A stretch of 64,000 bases of DNA, from positions 46,190,001 to 46,254,000 of the forward strand of contig OX597820.1 in NCBI GenBank assembly GCA_951406725.2, read 5' to 3'. The stretch comes from Octopus vulgaris. Lineage: Eukaryota. The number at the start of each line of letters is the position of its first letter. Positions within the stretch are counted from its first letter, which is position 1. Below are positions 41,673-56,845 of the stretch, in pieces. The position numbers were made by a program, and so were the translations under genes. A model generated the notes under the pieces. The model was not told the DNA's origin, did no database searches, and saw only the letters and a program-made list of their open reading frames with translations.

Positions 41673-41781
<109 letters not shown>

Positions 41782-42194
41782 TATATATAAATATAAATGT
41801 GTGTACGTATGTATGTATTTACAACGTTGTAAAGAAACGTTTGTAACGAAGACTGGAATTGATGGTATTATTTTAATGCTCCAGTAACAAACGCTTCTTT
41901 ACAAAGTGGTGAATACATTTGTTCATAAAATGGATTTCTCATCCTGCAATGAAACATTTATAATTACAGCATTAAAATAATACCATTCATTTTTGTTATA
42001 ATACACACTTTCTCTACGAATAATATACTTGACCAGAAATTTCATCTTGCATGTATGATTTTCTCATTTGAAATATAACTTCTAAAAACGTACAATTAAT
42101 TGCCGGAATACGCAGATCTGCCTGGATTATAATCCCCTCTACGTACATATTTATGTATATTCATACATACATGCAAATATATATATGTATAAAC

Positions 42195-42523
42195 CTCGAC
42201 TCCGTCGGTCACGAATGACCATGGGTGCCTCTAAGAGTTTCCCCTCCGGGGTACAAGTCTGGGCGGAATGTTGTCTCACCGGCGAACGCACAGCCGAGGG
42301 TTGTTTTATGGAAGACCAGAGTCGCACATGCATACCACCCACCCCTCCCCTCTCCACGCCACCAATGTTATCCAAGGGAAAGTCAAAGGCCGAATGTCGC
42401 AATTCATTTCTATAGATGAGGTAACTGGAGCAACGTGAAACAACATGCAACTCGGTCCAGGAATCGAACTCACAACCTTACGATCTAAGCTCGACATTCT
42501 AACCACTGAGCCACCAGCCTTCA
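42195..42523 (-). mobile_element. SINE with family C-type head and distinct body
   Basis: Minus strand GGCTGGTGGCTCAGTGGTTAG...GAGTTCGATTCC; homologous to 60793-61110. Confidence 0.75.
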
Positions 42524-42587
<64 letters not shown>

Positions 42588-42856
42588 GTATGATTGTATG
42601 TATGTATATATGTATATATGTTATATATGTATATATGTTATATAACTATAAGTAGGGCAAATGAGTGCGAAATCAGAATCTAGTTAATTGACCACAGAAG
42701 GAGATTTGTTACACAGCAAAATGTTATTATGCATATCCAAGTACTTGTTTCTAGTTAGATGTTCAGAGCCAGCGAGAGATATATATCTTGGTCATATAGC
42801 GCATCCGGGTCTATCGACTATATCTCAGTCCGAACATTACGCGTGTGTATGTGTAT

Positions 42857-42887
<31 letters not shown>

Positions 42888-42962
42888 GTATATATATATA
42901 TGCTTCTATATATGTGTGTGTATATATACACATATATATATGTGTATGTGTGTGTGTTTGTT

Positions 42963-43003
<41 letters not shown>

Positions 43004-44875
43004 GACACGTGAACAAAATGAACAAAATCGAATCTCTAACAACTAATCTGCGCTGACATCACTTATGAGTTGAGAACAAACTGAAGCTATTTGTGTCTCT
43101 CTAATTAATGCAGTCGTTATTGACAAATGGAAAACATTAAGATGTACTTGAATAAACAATGATCGATTGGGAACATCGCAGCCTTTAGAATGATTGCAGG
43201 CAATCAAAGAAGACAAATACATCGAACAGAGAGGAAAGAACGAATGATACTTCACTGAGGATGCCTGTTTGATTGAGAAACAAACGGTCTCTAGCTGCTC
43301 ATCTGTCAATAATCACCACCCCACGGCTGCTGCTGCATTTTTTTTTCTTTTGCTGTTGATATGTATGTAAAAGGGTAGGTGAGTACGTAAGCAATTTTGA
43401 ATATCTTTATCTGTTGAATGAGGGGTTTTGGGCCTTAAACACAGATATCGTCAGAGAAGGTTTGGGTGTCCTACATAATTTTCACTACAGACAGTCGGGT
43501 ATCAGTTTTCATCATATTGATTTCTTACATGGACATTTAACCTGAGACTTTCATTTACAGGAAGAGTGATAAGTGATTGTGTGACATTCATGTGTTTCTC
43601 GATGACATTAATGACGTAAGTGAAGTGAAATAGTTTCATATTTCTTTTTCTTTCCGATGTCTACGTGCACTATGGTTGTACTGTTATGGTTGTTATCGTT
43701 GTAGTTGTTATTACAGTCTCTGTTTCATTACACCTCAGTGATAAAATTTATTCCCAGTTGCCGATAACTGCTGGTGGGGGAAAAATATAGTTTTTGGGTG
43801 GCAAAAATTTCTGGTTTAGATCAAAGTCGAGATCAGTGTTCTTAACCTGACAAACACCAGGCCCCTCTCTTTCTTCCCTGAAGTATTAGTGATATTTTGC
43901 CCTTCCCTTCGTCTTTATTAATTCTTTCTCCTATAAGCAAAAGGCCTAATTTCGTGGGAAATGGCTAGTCAATTACATCAAGCCCAGTGTCCGACTAGTA
44001 TTTATTCTGTCGACCTCGAAAAAAAGAAAGGAAAATTTGATTCGGTGACTTTTGAACTCAGAACGTAAAGTCAGAAGAGCTGTCCACTCCGGCTAGGAAA
44101 AGTCGCTTAGCCTTTTGTCCAACAAGGTAACGATTCTCTTTGCTTACCGCCTTTGAGTTTGCAAGACAAGGTCGACCTCGGCGGGATTTGAACTCAGAAT
44201 GTAGAGAAATTATGCTAAGCATTTTATTAGATGCTCTAACTATTCTGCTAGCTCCCTGCTTTGCTTCTTCGTTAAAGGAGGAGACAAGTAATTCTGCTGC
44301 CATAAATTATTTTTTCTTCCACATAGTGTTGGACATGTTTAAAATCTTTTAAACCATATTATTTCAAACATTGCACTTTTCCACTCCCTTTTCAATCCTT
44401 GCAGACATCTCTAGGGTGGGCGTTGGGGAGGGGGGGACTGGAACATCTCACTAAGAGAATAAATGGTTTAAATTATTCATAATCATTTGTACCAAGTTAT
44501 TTTAAGTAAGATCTTTTATGTAACAATGAGCGATTAAGCGAAGTGAAACTTCTGCCTTTCTTTTTACAGTCCCACAGGAAGTCCAAGTCTTTTTTGCAGG
44601 ATAAAATTGGGTCCTGGTCACACACTCCAGTCGAAAAAGCTTCTCCTTATCTTAGAAATTATTGTTATTGTTGTTGTTGCTGTTGTTGTTTCCGCCTTTT
44701 ATCCTTTCGGAGTTGATAAAATAAATACATGATGAACCCTGGAGTCGATGTAATCGAGTTAACCCCTCCTCCGAAATTGCTGATCTTGTGCCAAAGTTTG
44801 AAATCATCATTGTTGTTGCTGTTGATGTTATTGTTGTTGCTGTTGTTGTTATTGATGTTGTTGTTGTTGTTGTTG

Positions 44876-44949
<74 letters not shown>

Positions 44950-44950
<1 letters not shown>

Positions 44951-45490
44951 GCCGGGCGAAATGCTTCGTCTGCCGCTACGTTCTGAGTTCAAATTCCGCC
45001 GAGATCGACTTTGCCTTTCATCCTTTCGGGGTCGATTAAATAAGTACCAGTTACACACTGGAGTCGATGTAATCGACTTAATCCGTTTGTCTGTCCTTGT
45101 TTGTCCTCTCTGTGTTTAGCCCCTTGTGGGTAGTAAAGAAATAGGTATTTCGTCCATCTTCATGTTCTGAGTTCAAATTCCACCGAGGTGTCGACTTTGC
45201 TTTTAATCCTTTAGGGGTCGATTAAATAAGTACCAGTTACGCACTGGGGTCGATATAATCGACTTTATCCATATGTCTGTCCTTGTTTGTCCTCTCTGTG
45301 TTAAGCCCCTTGTGGGTAGTAAAGAAATAGATATTTCGTCCATCTTCATGTTCTGAGTTCAAATTCCGCTGAGGTTAGCTTTACCATTTATCGTTTCGAG
45401 GTCAATGAAAGTGAAGCACTGAAGTCGATGTAATCGACTAGCCCCCTCCCCTGAAAAAGTTCAGCCCTTGTGCCTATAGTAAAAAGGATT
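44950..45490 (+). mobile_element. Trimeric SINE family B
   Basis: Three tandem body units joined at GTAGTAAAGAAATAG(G/A)TATTTCGTCC. Confidence 0.85.
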
Positions 45491-45549
45491 ATTATTATTA
45501 TTGTTGTTGTTGTTGTTGTTGCTGCTGTTTTTGTTGTTGTTGTTGTTGA

Positions 45550-45995
45550 TTGAGAGTGCAGTGCATGCCATCAAAGTAACACTGGGGTACAAATATACGA
45601 AGCCCAGTATACCCATCATTACTATCTGTCTGATAAGTGTATACAAGGCACATGCATCATAACCATATGTGTGCGACATGGTGAAATGATATCAATATAA
45701 ACAGCACATGACCTTACAGATGGGGCTCAGCTAAAATTTTCTTCAGCTCGAGTAGCCCATCCCGCCCAAAAGGTCTCTGAATAAGGGTTGTTTAAGGATG
45801 TTGAACGAAACACTCATGTGTCCAGAGGTGAATTATTCAAACCCCAAAGAATTCCTCTCAACAGATGGCTATGATGCTCGCCCACTACTTCTTCCCATGA
45901 TCAAAGATACACATATCGTCAGCCATCAAGGGACATGCCCAACTGGTTAAGGTCAAACAAGCCAATATTGAACAGAATATTTACTGTAGCCCATT
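45550..45995. repeat. Dispersed repeat family E
   Basis: Homologous to 30345-30490 and 31577-32040; sits between trinucleotide tracts. Confidence 0.7.
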
Positions 45996-46007
45996 TTGGT
46001 GTTGTTG

Positions 46008-46076
<69 letters not shown>

Positions 46077-46476
46077 CATTATTATTATTATTATTATAGC
46101 AATTATTATTATTATAGCAATTATTATTATTATAGCAATTATTTCTGTTTGCAACCCCTACATTCGGGTTATCACTATTTCTATTTATTTATATTTTAAC
46201 AATTTCTACTTTTCGTTCAGAGAAATATTCTTACTTGTTAGGATAGATGTATCAAAGAAAACGCTTCCGAAGGTGTATGGTCTCACCAAAACTTACCATT
46301 CTCCTTCGTAAACTTTTTCTGGTACCATCTCTTTTTTGAAGGCAACACAAAATGGTGGGATAATTTCCACTGTATGAGAGCCTCAGTGCTGTTATGTCTG
46401 ATTTGTGTTATGTATGTATGTATATACGCATGTCTGTATGCGTATATGTATGTTTCTCTCTGTGTGTGCGTGTATG

Positions 46477-46528
<52 letters not shown>

Positions 46529-47394
46529 TGTATGTATGCATGTGTGTATGTATGAATGTATGTATGTACGTGTGTATGCGTATATGTATGTATGTACGTA
46601 TGTATGTATGCATGCATGTATGTATGTATGTATGTATGCATGCATGCATGCATGTATGTATGTATGTATGTATGTATGTATGTATGTATGTATGTATGTA
46701 TGTATGTATGTTTCTCTAGGATTTACGCTTTTTCCTTGGCAGGATTCAATCCAGTTAAAAGAGCAAATTTCTTTTTTTTTAAAGTCAAGTTTGCTCATGA
46801 GATTTGAGATTATCTGAATTCGTTGATATCTGTATAAATATATATATGTGTGTGTGCACGCGCGCGCGTGTGTGTGTTGCGTATATATACTTGCATGTAG
46901 ATAAACTTGCACTTGTGTGATGGACGTGCATGTCACGTAAGTATACATGTGTGCGGAGTTCAGTACTGTTTTCGTACATGCGTTTGTATTCCATATACAC
47001 CAATGTTTGTGTGGATATACTCATAAAAGATTTAAAAATGGAAAACCCTTGTAATTCACTACACTTCTAATCGATAGTTTTTGGAAAATGCTAATCAGTC
47101 TGCTCTGTTTATTTTGGAGAACCTCAGTGGTTATAGGTATTTATGTAGATTTATAGCCATGTTTATGCACAAATGAAAATTTACATTTTCTTTATATAAG
47201 AATTATAGCTTCCTCGGTAGTTCTCCACAGATGTTGTTTCACCAACGGTTTGATAAGACATTCATATCCACTGGGCAGCCGATTTCTACACGCATCTATG
47301 TACACGCACACACACACAAACATACATGCACATATGTATGAATACATGTGTGTGTGTATATATGTATATATGTATATATATGTATATATGTATG

Positions 47395-47487
<93 letters not shown>

Positions 47488-47497
47488 ATTTATTTTT

Positions 47498-47884
47498 AGG
47501 CGCAGGAGTGGCTGCGTGGTAAGTAGCTTGCTTACCAATCACATCGTTTCGGGTTCAGGCCCACTGCGTGACACCTTGGGCAAGTGTCTTCTGCTATAGC
47601 CTCGGGCCGACCAAAGCCTTGTGAGTAGATTCGGTAGACGGAAACTGAAAGAAGCCCGTCATATATATGTCTATATATGCGTGTGTTTGTCTGTGTTTGT
47701 CAGCCCAACATCGCTTGACAACCGATGCTGGTGTGTTTACATCCCCGTAACTTAGCGGTTCGGCAAAACAGACCGATAGAATAAGGCTTACAAAGAATAA
47801 GTCCTGGGGTCAATTTGCCCGAATAAAGGCGGTGCTCCAGCATGGCCGCGGTCAATTGACTGAAACAAGTAAAAGAGTAAAGAG
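47498..47884 (+). mobile_element. SINE family A, full length
   Basis: AGGCGCAGGAGTGGCTGCGTGG head; tail AAGGCGGTGCTCCAGCATGGCCGCGG...CTGAAACAAGTAAAAGAG. Confidence 0.9.
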
Positions 47885-47907
47885 CAGAGAGTATATATTT
47901 ATAAATT

Positions 47908-48210
47908 GGCCCTCCGTCAGTTATAACGCTGTGGATTCCAGTTGATCCGATCAACGGAACAGCCTGCTCGTAAAATTAGCGTGCAAGTGGTTGAGCACTC
48001 CACAGACACGCCTAATCTCAGGGAGATTCAGCGTGACACAGAATATGACAAGGCTGACCCTTTGAATTACAGATATTAATCATTTTTGCCAGCTGAGTGG
48101 ACTGCAGCAATGTGAAATAATATGTCTTGCTCAAGGATACAACGCGTTGCCGGAAATTGAACTCACGATTGTCAGCCGAATTCCTTAACCACTAAGCCAC
48201 GCGCCTTCAC
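47908..48210 (-). mobile_element. SINE family C-related copy
   Basis: Shares GATCCGATCAACGGAACAGCCTGCTCG with 319-700; tRNA-like head near 48150-48210. Confidence 0.8.
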
Positions 48211-48243
48211 TATATATGCACATACATAGAAGTATATATACAT

Positions 48244-48281
<38 letters not shown>

Positions 48282-48299
48282 GTATTTATATATATATTT

Positions 48300-49960
48300 C
48301 CTTTTGGTTAAGACTGGATACCCATAAGGTATGTGATCAATTGTGTCTTCACAACTCTTCACATAATCTGCTGATATACTGTTAAACTTTGTAAGTTGCT
48401 TTATTCCCTATTTTTGGTAGATTCTTTTAGAAAAGCTTTACTCTTGTACTATTCAGCTACTATGGAATTTCATCTCGATGTATTTTTACTTAGTTCTTTC
48501 TTTTCGGATACAGGCCAAACGGATATTTATTCCACCACCTTAGCATGGCATTCTGTAACCTCATTTGAGCTTAGTTCAAATATTTAAATATAACCTTTCT
48601 CGTTTGTTGTTTTTCAATTCTCCTTATAAGCGCCTCTTATTTGATCGTCTGTTTTACTTGTTGGCTTCTCCGAAAACAAAACAGCCCTTCGTTCATGATT
48701 TGCTACTATTTGTATTTATTACCCAACGTTCTTTGCTAAATAGTTTGGTATTTCTACAGTAGATATTTTATAAGGATATTCCAAGCACAGAAACCTCACC
48801 ATGTTCGTGATAATCACAATATTTGAGAATCGGACTTGGTATGATATATTCTAAATATTTTTTTTGTTTTTCTGTCTAGTTTTGCTAATTTACTTAGACT
48901 TCTTATTGCAAATGTACCATTAGTAGCAGAGCTAGAAGGTTCATATATAGTTTTCTTTTTCAATTAAACTTGCTTAAATATTAATCTAATATTCCTTTCT
49001 AATATTTTTTATTCATGCTAGTTTCTAATTTTATATGTTTTTTGGGGTCCAATTTCCTCTTCTGTGTTCCTTTACCTAATACGATGTTAGTTGTTTTTAG
49101 TTTTTTTCTTTTGTTAGTTTTCTTTGTTCATGGAACATTTTTTAACCAAATTTCCTGTTAATTCTTTTTGCCCTCTATGTTATCATGTTTCTAGTTATTC
49201 ATCATTTACCGAATACATCTTGAGATCATCCATGAGCAAAAAAACAGCTGATTATTTCCTCATAGCATTTGTGTCCGAGTCTAGTTTGATTTACCATGTT
49301 GATAGAAGATGTTTATGTCAGTTAGAAAATGAATAGAGAGCGAGAATTCTCGCTGGAATGTTCCACTTTTAATAGAGATCAACTTCCCTTTTATCATTCC
49401 TCTTCTACTTATATCTGTAGAAAATCTTCATTTATTCATGACAAATTTGATGTATCTGCTCTGTTTTTGGTGCTACCTTACTGATAGCTAATTTCAAAAG
49501 TATTCTAATAGTCATTTCACACAATACTCATACACTTTTATTAAGCAAGCTTTCGGTTATGACGTCATTGATCCATAATTATCCTTCAAAATCTTTTAAT
49601 CTTCTAGAGAATCCCATTTGTTCTTATGGATAAAATATTATTTTCAAGGAATCATTTATCTTCTGCGATGTCATTAATGGTAATGCCTGGAATGCTGGAA
49701 GCAGACAAATACTGTATCTGTAGTTAGGGAGTATATAGTTTCTTCAGACTTCGGTATTAAGATCATTCTCTACTCAATGATGTAAAAAAACAATAGCGTT
49801 TTATTAATAAGTTAATATATTCTTACACTGTTTCTATTATCATTGACATAATCTGTTTTCGATTTTCCACATTGTTATTTCATTGATATTAATGGATATT
49901 TTTCGATGCACTGAGGTGCACTCCCTCTTCTTGTATATTCCAGTTGCTACTCTTTATTAT
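48300..49960 (-). pseudogene. Heavily degraded R4/Dong-like RT relic
   Basis: Minus-strand fragments NYRYSICL (~49720), IKSGTFQR (~49360) and LMDDLKMYS (~49220). Confidence 0.6.
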
Positions 49961-51019
49961 GAGGTTACATAAGTGATAGAGCGATAGAAATGGTGTAGCG
50001 CCGGACAAAATGTCCAACAGTATATAACTAGTCCCAGGAAGATTAAAAAATATTTTGCGCAGTTGATTAGTCTTACATTTTTTTGCAGTTGATAAAATAA
50101 AGTCCAGTCTAACACAGTAGCCGATAAAATCGACATTGTTTCTTATCCCAGCATTTGTGGTCATTCATTTGTTAGAAATCATGATTGTTTTTATGTTACA
50201 CAATAATTATAAACTCGCGGAAATCCATGCTTTCGACGTGGTTTCGATTTCTATTTAAGAAACTTTCGTTTAACTTCTTCCTCATACGTAACATTACCTG
50301 GTTCTCAATGCTTGGAATGTGACACAAATGAAATTGAGTACCCAGTCTTCACAAATTCAACAATGCTTCCAATACATATAATTATAAGCCGGCGAGCTAG
50401 CAGAATCGTTAGCCCGCCGGACAAAATTCTCCGCGGTATTTCGTCCGTCTTTACGTTCTGAGTTCAAATTCGCTGAAGTCGACTGTGCCTTTCATCCTTT
50501 CGGAGTCGATAAAATAAGTACCAGTTGAGTATTGGGATCGATGACATCGGCTTAGCCCTTTCTCCCGAACTTGCTGGCTGTGTGCCAAATTGAAAACAAC
50601 ATATATAATTTATATATCATTCAGTTGCAATTACAGTGTCAATGCCTACAGTTGGATGTATCTCTCCTGCAAGAAACTGAGGAACAGAGATAGTTTGGTA
50701 AGATTGGCATGGATTAGTATTTACTTTGAACATTTGAAGTTTAACTATTAGGTACAAAATATTGTTTAGGAGTTGCAGAGAAATTCAGTTATAAAGGTTG
50801 TTGAATCTGAAAAGGTTTTAGGGTCCGGGAGATTTAATCTTCAGTGCATAATACGAATTCAAGACATATGTTTTCTATGATATGTCGACATTATATAACA
50901 AGGAAATTGTTCTTTGAAAAAATAAGCATATAGGATTAAGGGTCTTATCCCAAGTGAGGTACCATACAGTAATATCACACTACAGTGGCTATAGTAATTA
51001 TCATATCCAGTAGCTCACG

Positions 51020-51870
51020 AAACCCACCCTACAGCAACACCACAATGCAACACCACAAAATTACACTGCACAATACCACAACAGTACTCTACAGATGTAC
51101 ACTACAAAGCTAGACCACAACAACTCACTTCAACACCGCTCAAGGACATCACATTACAGGACTATACTACAACATCATAGCGCAGAATTACACAACATCA
51201 CTATATGTATAACCCACCACCAGAGCACAGCACCAAACAAAAATACCGTAGAACAGAAATACACCACATCAACACACTACATCACAAGACCAAAGTGCAT
51301 CACACTATAACACTACAGCAAACTACAACACCTCACAATTACATTCCACAACTACAACACAACGCTACACTACGTCACACAACAAAATCACCCCCAAATG
51401 TTGCACTAGGATAGCGCACCAAAACGCTATACCATACTACAGGCCTACATTACAACACTACAGCCCCGTCGCTATATCACACCTCAGTACGGTAGCACAT
51501 CACAGCATTTCAACACGCAACACTGCTGCTCCGAAGCACAGAAATATACCGCACCACAACGCTCCAACACAACACTACAATACAACAGCAAAACAAAACA
51601 CTAGACGTGCCATGGCTCTGCAACATAACAACACTACAGCACTTCAAGACAACACCACAGCATTGCAACACACCAGAACAGCAGCACAATGCAGTACAAC
51701 AGTACTACGACACAATAATGCAGGACAACATAAACGGTACCAAAGTACACTAGCACAATTCTGTACAACAGCACAATACCACTATCAAAACACCACAACG
51801 CCGCAACGCCACAATGCTACACCACAAGCAACACAATTCTTCAATTACAGTAATATGAACCCACAAATTG
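51020..51870. repeat. Strand-asymmetric CA-rich cryptic repeat
   Basis: ACAACAC/ACTAC motifs with very little G; no credible protein. Confidence 0.7.
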
Positions 51871-52158
51871 AAACCAAGACCGGAGATACTACATCGTTAT
51901 TCGACTTGCTAGAAATAACGGCATAGTTTCTCTCAAATCCCGTTTGACCCCCTTGCAAAAGGACATGTTAAATGATGTTGTTCTGAATTCACTGATCGTA
52001 GGAAAAGACGGGATGGCCACTAGTGGCCCTTTGATAATAGATATGCTTGATCAGTATTTACCTAGGGCTAGATAACAAATTTTCAGTTTTTTTCCTGAAT
52101 TTTTCAAATTGTAAAGATAAATTATGGTCACCCTGTATACACACACGCATGCACACAC

Positions 52159-52202
<44 letters not shown>

Positions 52203-52286
52203 CTTTTTAAAAATGTAACCACATATGAATCGTTGGCGATTTTTTACCTCCATCTCCCTTTTCTATTGGACTTTCATCTGTCCCCT

Positions 52287-52321
52287 GTTTCTGAAGAAAA
52301 GCTTTGCTCGAAAGGTAAAAC
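52287..52321 (+). ncRNA. Degenerate minimal hammerhead (same family as 8258-8293)
   Basis: GTTT-CTGAAGA-A-AAGC-TTT-GCTC-GAAA-GG-TA-AAAC; downstream CCTGAGCG...TAATACT...CCACGT matches the 8.2-kb copy. Confidence 0.55.
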
Positions 52322-52442
52322 TACCTTTCTTTCCTTCCCTGAGCGTCTGCTAATACTTTACAAGTACCACGTCCTCGCGTTCTTGTCTTTTCTGTTTGTT
52401 CTTCGTTGTTATATTTACTATATATATATATACATATATATA

Positions 52443-52775
52443 TCACATGATTTTGACACCAGAGTCGGTATCTTTGGAATTAGTACAGTATACTATACTA
52501 ATTCTAAGGGTACCGCTGTGTTTTTTTATATATTGCGGAATTGAATTCTGCGAAGAAAAAAGCTGAAATCCTTGAGAAACATACATACATACATACATAC
52601 ATACATACATACATACATACATACATACATACATACATACATACATACATACACACGTACATACATACACCCACGCATGCATGCACACACACATACACAT
52701 ACATATAGTACTAATCTCAAGGATACCGACTCTGATGTCAAAATCATGTGATTTGTGGAAACGCGCGTAGTGATG
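52443..52775 (+). mobile_element. Inverted-repeat element around (ATAC)n with hammerhead-like motif
   Basis: 52443-52485 is the reverse complement of ~52708-52751; CTGATGT-hairpin-GAAA-CGCGCG-TA at 52732-52769. Confidence 0.55.
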
Positions 52776-53075
52776 TATTAAATATTTATAGATTCCATCC
52801 TAGAATTATTGTTGTTATTATATTTATCCTACATTATATTGGTATCACCATGATGCAACCCCGAAAACCTGACTGACTGACTGGTCAGTATTATTAGACG
52901 GTAGCCGGCACAATGAAATAGGAGCTTGGGACCGTTGACGTCACAGCTCATTCCTATAACACGAGCAAGATGAAATGAAATGTCTTGCTCAAGAATACAA
53001 CATACAGACTGGTCAGAGAATCGAACTCATAGCTTAACGATTATAAACCCGACGCTCTGATCATGCGTCTTTACA

Positions 53076-53119
<44 letters not shown>

Positions 53120-54689
53120 CAGAATTTTACACACATAATTGAATAGAATCACGAGATTGCAAATACTGTACTGCCCACACTAGATAACACAAAACTATTC
53201 CGTACTAAACTATACATTATACTAATCCATGCCAGAGTACATAATACCACAGCATACAACACACCGCATTACTCTACTCTAGAGTACACCACCGCGACGC
53301 CGCTCCGAAATACCAAGGCGAAGACCTCACACATGGAATTACGGAGAAATATTTAGAAAGATCTAATGCATCTTTTGGCCTGCAGCGACTGGTTTTCTTC
53401 AGAATTAATGTTGGTATATTGGTGTGATGGTAAGTTACCATGGAATGGTAGTGTAGAACTATGAAGATTTGGTGGTATGATGTAGTAGTGGTCGTGGTGA
53501 AGTGATATCATCATAATGAGGTGGTGTGATTATATGATAATGAGGTCGTATGATACTATGATAATGAGGTGGTATGATAATATGATAATGTAGTAGTTGT
53601 GATAATATGATAATGCGTTTATATAATGAGTTTATGGTAGTGGTAGTAGCCTGATGTGGTAGTATGGTGCGGTGATATGATAGTGTGATAGTATATGTGT
53701 GACAGTATATATGTGTATATATAGATATGTATGTGTGTATATTTGAACAGTGGATGAGAGGGAGAGAGAGAGAGAAAGAGAGGGAAAGAGAGCATAGCGG
53801 CTGCGTTTGCATTGATGGTAGTAATGGTAGTGATCACGGTGACGGGTATGATGATTGTGATGGTTGCGGTGGTGGTGGTGGTGGCGTGTGTATGTGTGTG
53901 GTGAGGGTGATGGTATTAAGTACTGTCGAGTGTATGAGAGAAGGTGTTGGTAGTTTTAGTTTTCTAGACAAGAGTAAACAGTAAAGAATAGGCTAAAGAG
54001 GGTGGCAGGGAAATTAGTGGAATTGTTGGTTAGATTTCTGGAATGTTCTTGGAGAATTAGTGGAGTGGATTGGTGGTGGTGGTGGTGGTGGTGGTGGTGG
54101 TGGCGGTGGTGGTGGCGGCGGGGAAACGGAGGGGAATAAGACAGATGAGGAGGTTTAAGAAAATAGGGACGGAGGAGGAAGAGTGTTAGGAAGGGAGAAT
54201 CGTAATGAAGAGGAAAGTAAAAGTCCGAGAGGAGAATTTAAAAGATGAGGGAAAGAAAACAAAAGTAAAGAGAGAAGGAAAGAGGGGGGAGAGAGAAGGA
54301 AGAGAGAAGAAAGAGATATAGGTATTGGAGGAACATAAGAGATGGGGGAAAATTTGGAGAATCGTTAATATAACAATTGACTGAGGGCGGGCGAGTTGGC
54401 AGTGTCGTTACTGCGCCGGTGGCATTTCGTCTGTCTTTACGTTCCGAGTTCAAATTCCGCCGAGGTCGACCTTACCTTTCATCCCTTTCGAGGTCGATAA
54501 AATAAGCACCAGCTGAGCACTGGGGTCGATGTAATCGATTTATCTTCACCCCCAAAGTTGCTGGCCTTGCACCAAACTTTGCAACCAACATATTCATTGA
54601 CTGTGGAAATCGTTGGTTATTTACTGCATGAAGAGGTGTTTCTCTTGCGTACGTCAGAAATGTGTTGCTTCTTTACTGCATCTACGTCA

Positions 54690-55990
54690 CAGATGTACCA
54701 TATCTATATCAGACTTGTATTACAACTATGTTATAATTGTCTCATTATTATGCCACAGCTGTACCATATCTACGTTGAACTGTATCGTAACAACATCATA
54801 GCTGGACTACGACCACACATCATACAACATGGCTGTGTCACTATATGGCGGTGAGCTGGCGGAAACGTTAGCACGCCGGGCGAAATGCTTAGCAGAATTT
54901 CGTCTGCCGTTACGTTCTGAGTTCAAATTCCGCCGAGGTCGACTTTGCCTTTCAACCTTACGGGGTCGATTAAATAAGTACCAGTTACGCACTGGGGTCG
55001 ATATAATCGACTTAATCCGTTTGTCTGTTCTTGTTTGTCCTCTCTGTGTTTAGTCCCTTGTGGGCAATAAAAAAAATGACATAGCTGTGTCACTACTACG
55101 TCATAATTGTATCTTAAACAAATCACAGCGGTAGCACAATTGTGTTACAACTATGTCACATTTATATCGTAGCTGGGCAACAATTTCGCGTCATACATCA
55201 CAGCTGTATCACAACTACGTTATAATCGTCTCATAACTACACCACAGCTGTTTTACAACCAATTTATAATTGAATCATAACATAACAAGTACGTTATAAT
55301 GGTTATAATGGTATCACAACTACTTCATAATTATCTAATAAGTACATCACAGTTACGTTTTAACTGCATCATAACTGTATAACAACTGGACTACAACTAC
55401 ACATCATATATCACATCTGTATCACAACTACATCATAACTGTATTATAACTACAACAAACTTATATCGCAGCTACACTATAACTGTATCAGAGCTACATC
55501 ACAACAACACCATAAATACGTCACAAATGTATCATAAGTAAATCGTAGCTGTACTACAACTACGTCATAATTATATAGTAACTACATCATAACTATGTCA
55601 TAACAATATCATAACTACATAATTATTTTGTAACTACATCACAACTATGTCATAACAATATCATAACTACATAATTATATTGTTACTACATCACAACTAT
55701 GTCATAACAATATCATAACTACTGTACCACAAGAACATCACAAATATAACATACTTTATCACATTTGTATGACAATTACATCACAAATGAATCATAATTA
55801 CATTACAGCTGTATAACAACCACATTATACCTAGTTCATAACTACATCACATCTCTACCAATATCATCACAACTGTATTTTAACTATAACACAGCCGATA
55901 ACATGGCTGTGCTTAAACTGTTGCAGATGTATTACATCATATCAGATCAATGCTGTATCATATCTTAGCAGCACCATTACAACATTATAG
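54690..55990. repeat. Degenerate ~11/22-bp minisatellite (CATAACTACATCACAACTGTAT-like)
   Basis: Recurrent ACAACTAC/CATAACT motifs; local ~49-bp triplication near 55578-55725. Confidence 0.75.
54846..55076 (+). mobile_element. Monomeric SINE family B with 17-bp TSD
   Basis: ACAT(G/A)GCTGTGTCACTA at 54827-43 and 55079-95; short A tail. Confidence 0.85.
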
Positions 55991-56676
55991 CTGTATTACG
56001 ATTGTCTTTGAACATTAATCTTTCTTCCCCACCCATTACTATCAGCCCATCTTTCCTCCTCCAGCACCTCATTATATTATCATTTATTCACCTCCTACTC
56101 TCTGCTTTTACCTATCAAACATCAAACAATCAAGTGTTTTGTCTCTGGTGGCGAATTGATCATTAAAAGGGAGAGAATATCTTCTCGCTTATGCAAAGTT
56201 GAAAAATATCTACACAAAATAGAATAAAGTTCCCAGTGTTTTTTGTGTGTGGTCAGTTGCCACATATATTGCTGTTTTATCCTTCTTTAGAATTGTCAGC
56301 GCAGCATAACTAAATACACAAATTTATTAAGCTAAATTCAATATTTTGCGAAACTTCATAAAAAAGAGAGAGGTTAAAAACAATATTTCATCTTTTTCTC
56401 TTTTTAATTTTTAGCATTCTGTATAATGCTCTAAATTTTCCAATATTTCCTTGTAACCCATCTTTCCCAAATAAACCCAATACTCTTTCATTGGTTCAAT
56501 ATATCTCTACCTACAGGTTACCTCCTCAAGATACAGCCAAACAGAAACTCGAGAGATAAAGAGGGAACATAGGTGTGTGTATATACATATATGTGTGTGT
56601 ATATGAGGTGTGAACTCACCTCACTTCACACGGATCCTGGTTACCTTTCGCGCCGGTCAACCCTCACCCGGCGGCG

Positions 56677-56845
56677 ATGAGGCCTCGTCTCACTGCTGTT
56701 ATCAGCGGCGGCAGTGGAGGTAGTCATCATCGTAGTCTCCGTGGTGGCGGTGGCGGTATTATAATAGCGATGGCGGTGATTGTTACCATGCTGACCTCGG
56801 CGTTGACTCAGTCCGCCAACCAGACGAACACTAGTTCGACCGTCG
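56677..56845 (+). CDS. Probable first coding exon of a secreted or membrane protein (signal-peptide-like N-terminus)
   Basis: GC/CpG-rich unique sequence; GCGGCGATG start context; hydrophobic IIIAMAVIVTMLTSALT followed by N-glycosylation sequons NQT and NTS; donor G|GTGAGT at 56845/46 (phase 1); upstream acceptor TCTCTACCTACAG|G at 56516/17. Confidence 0.65.
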
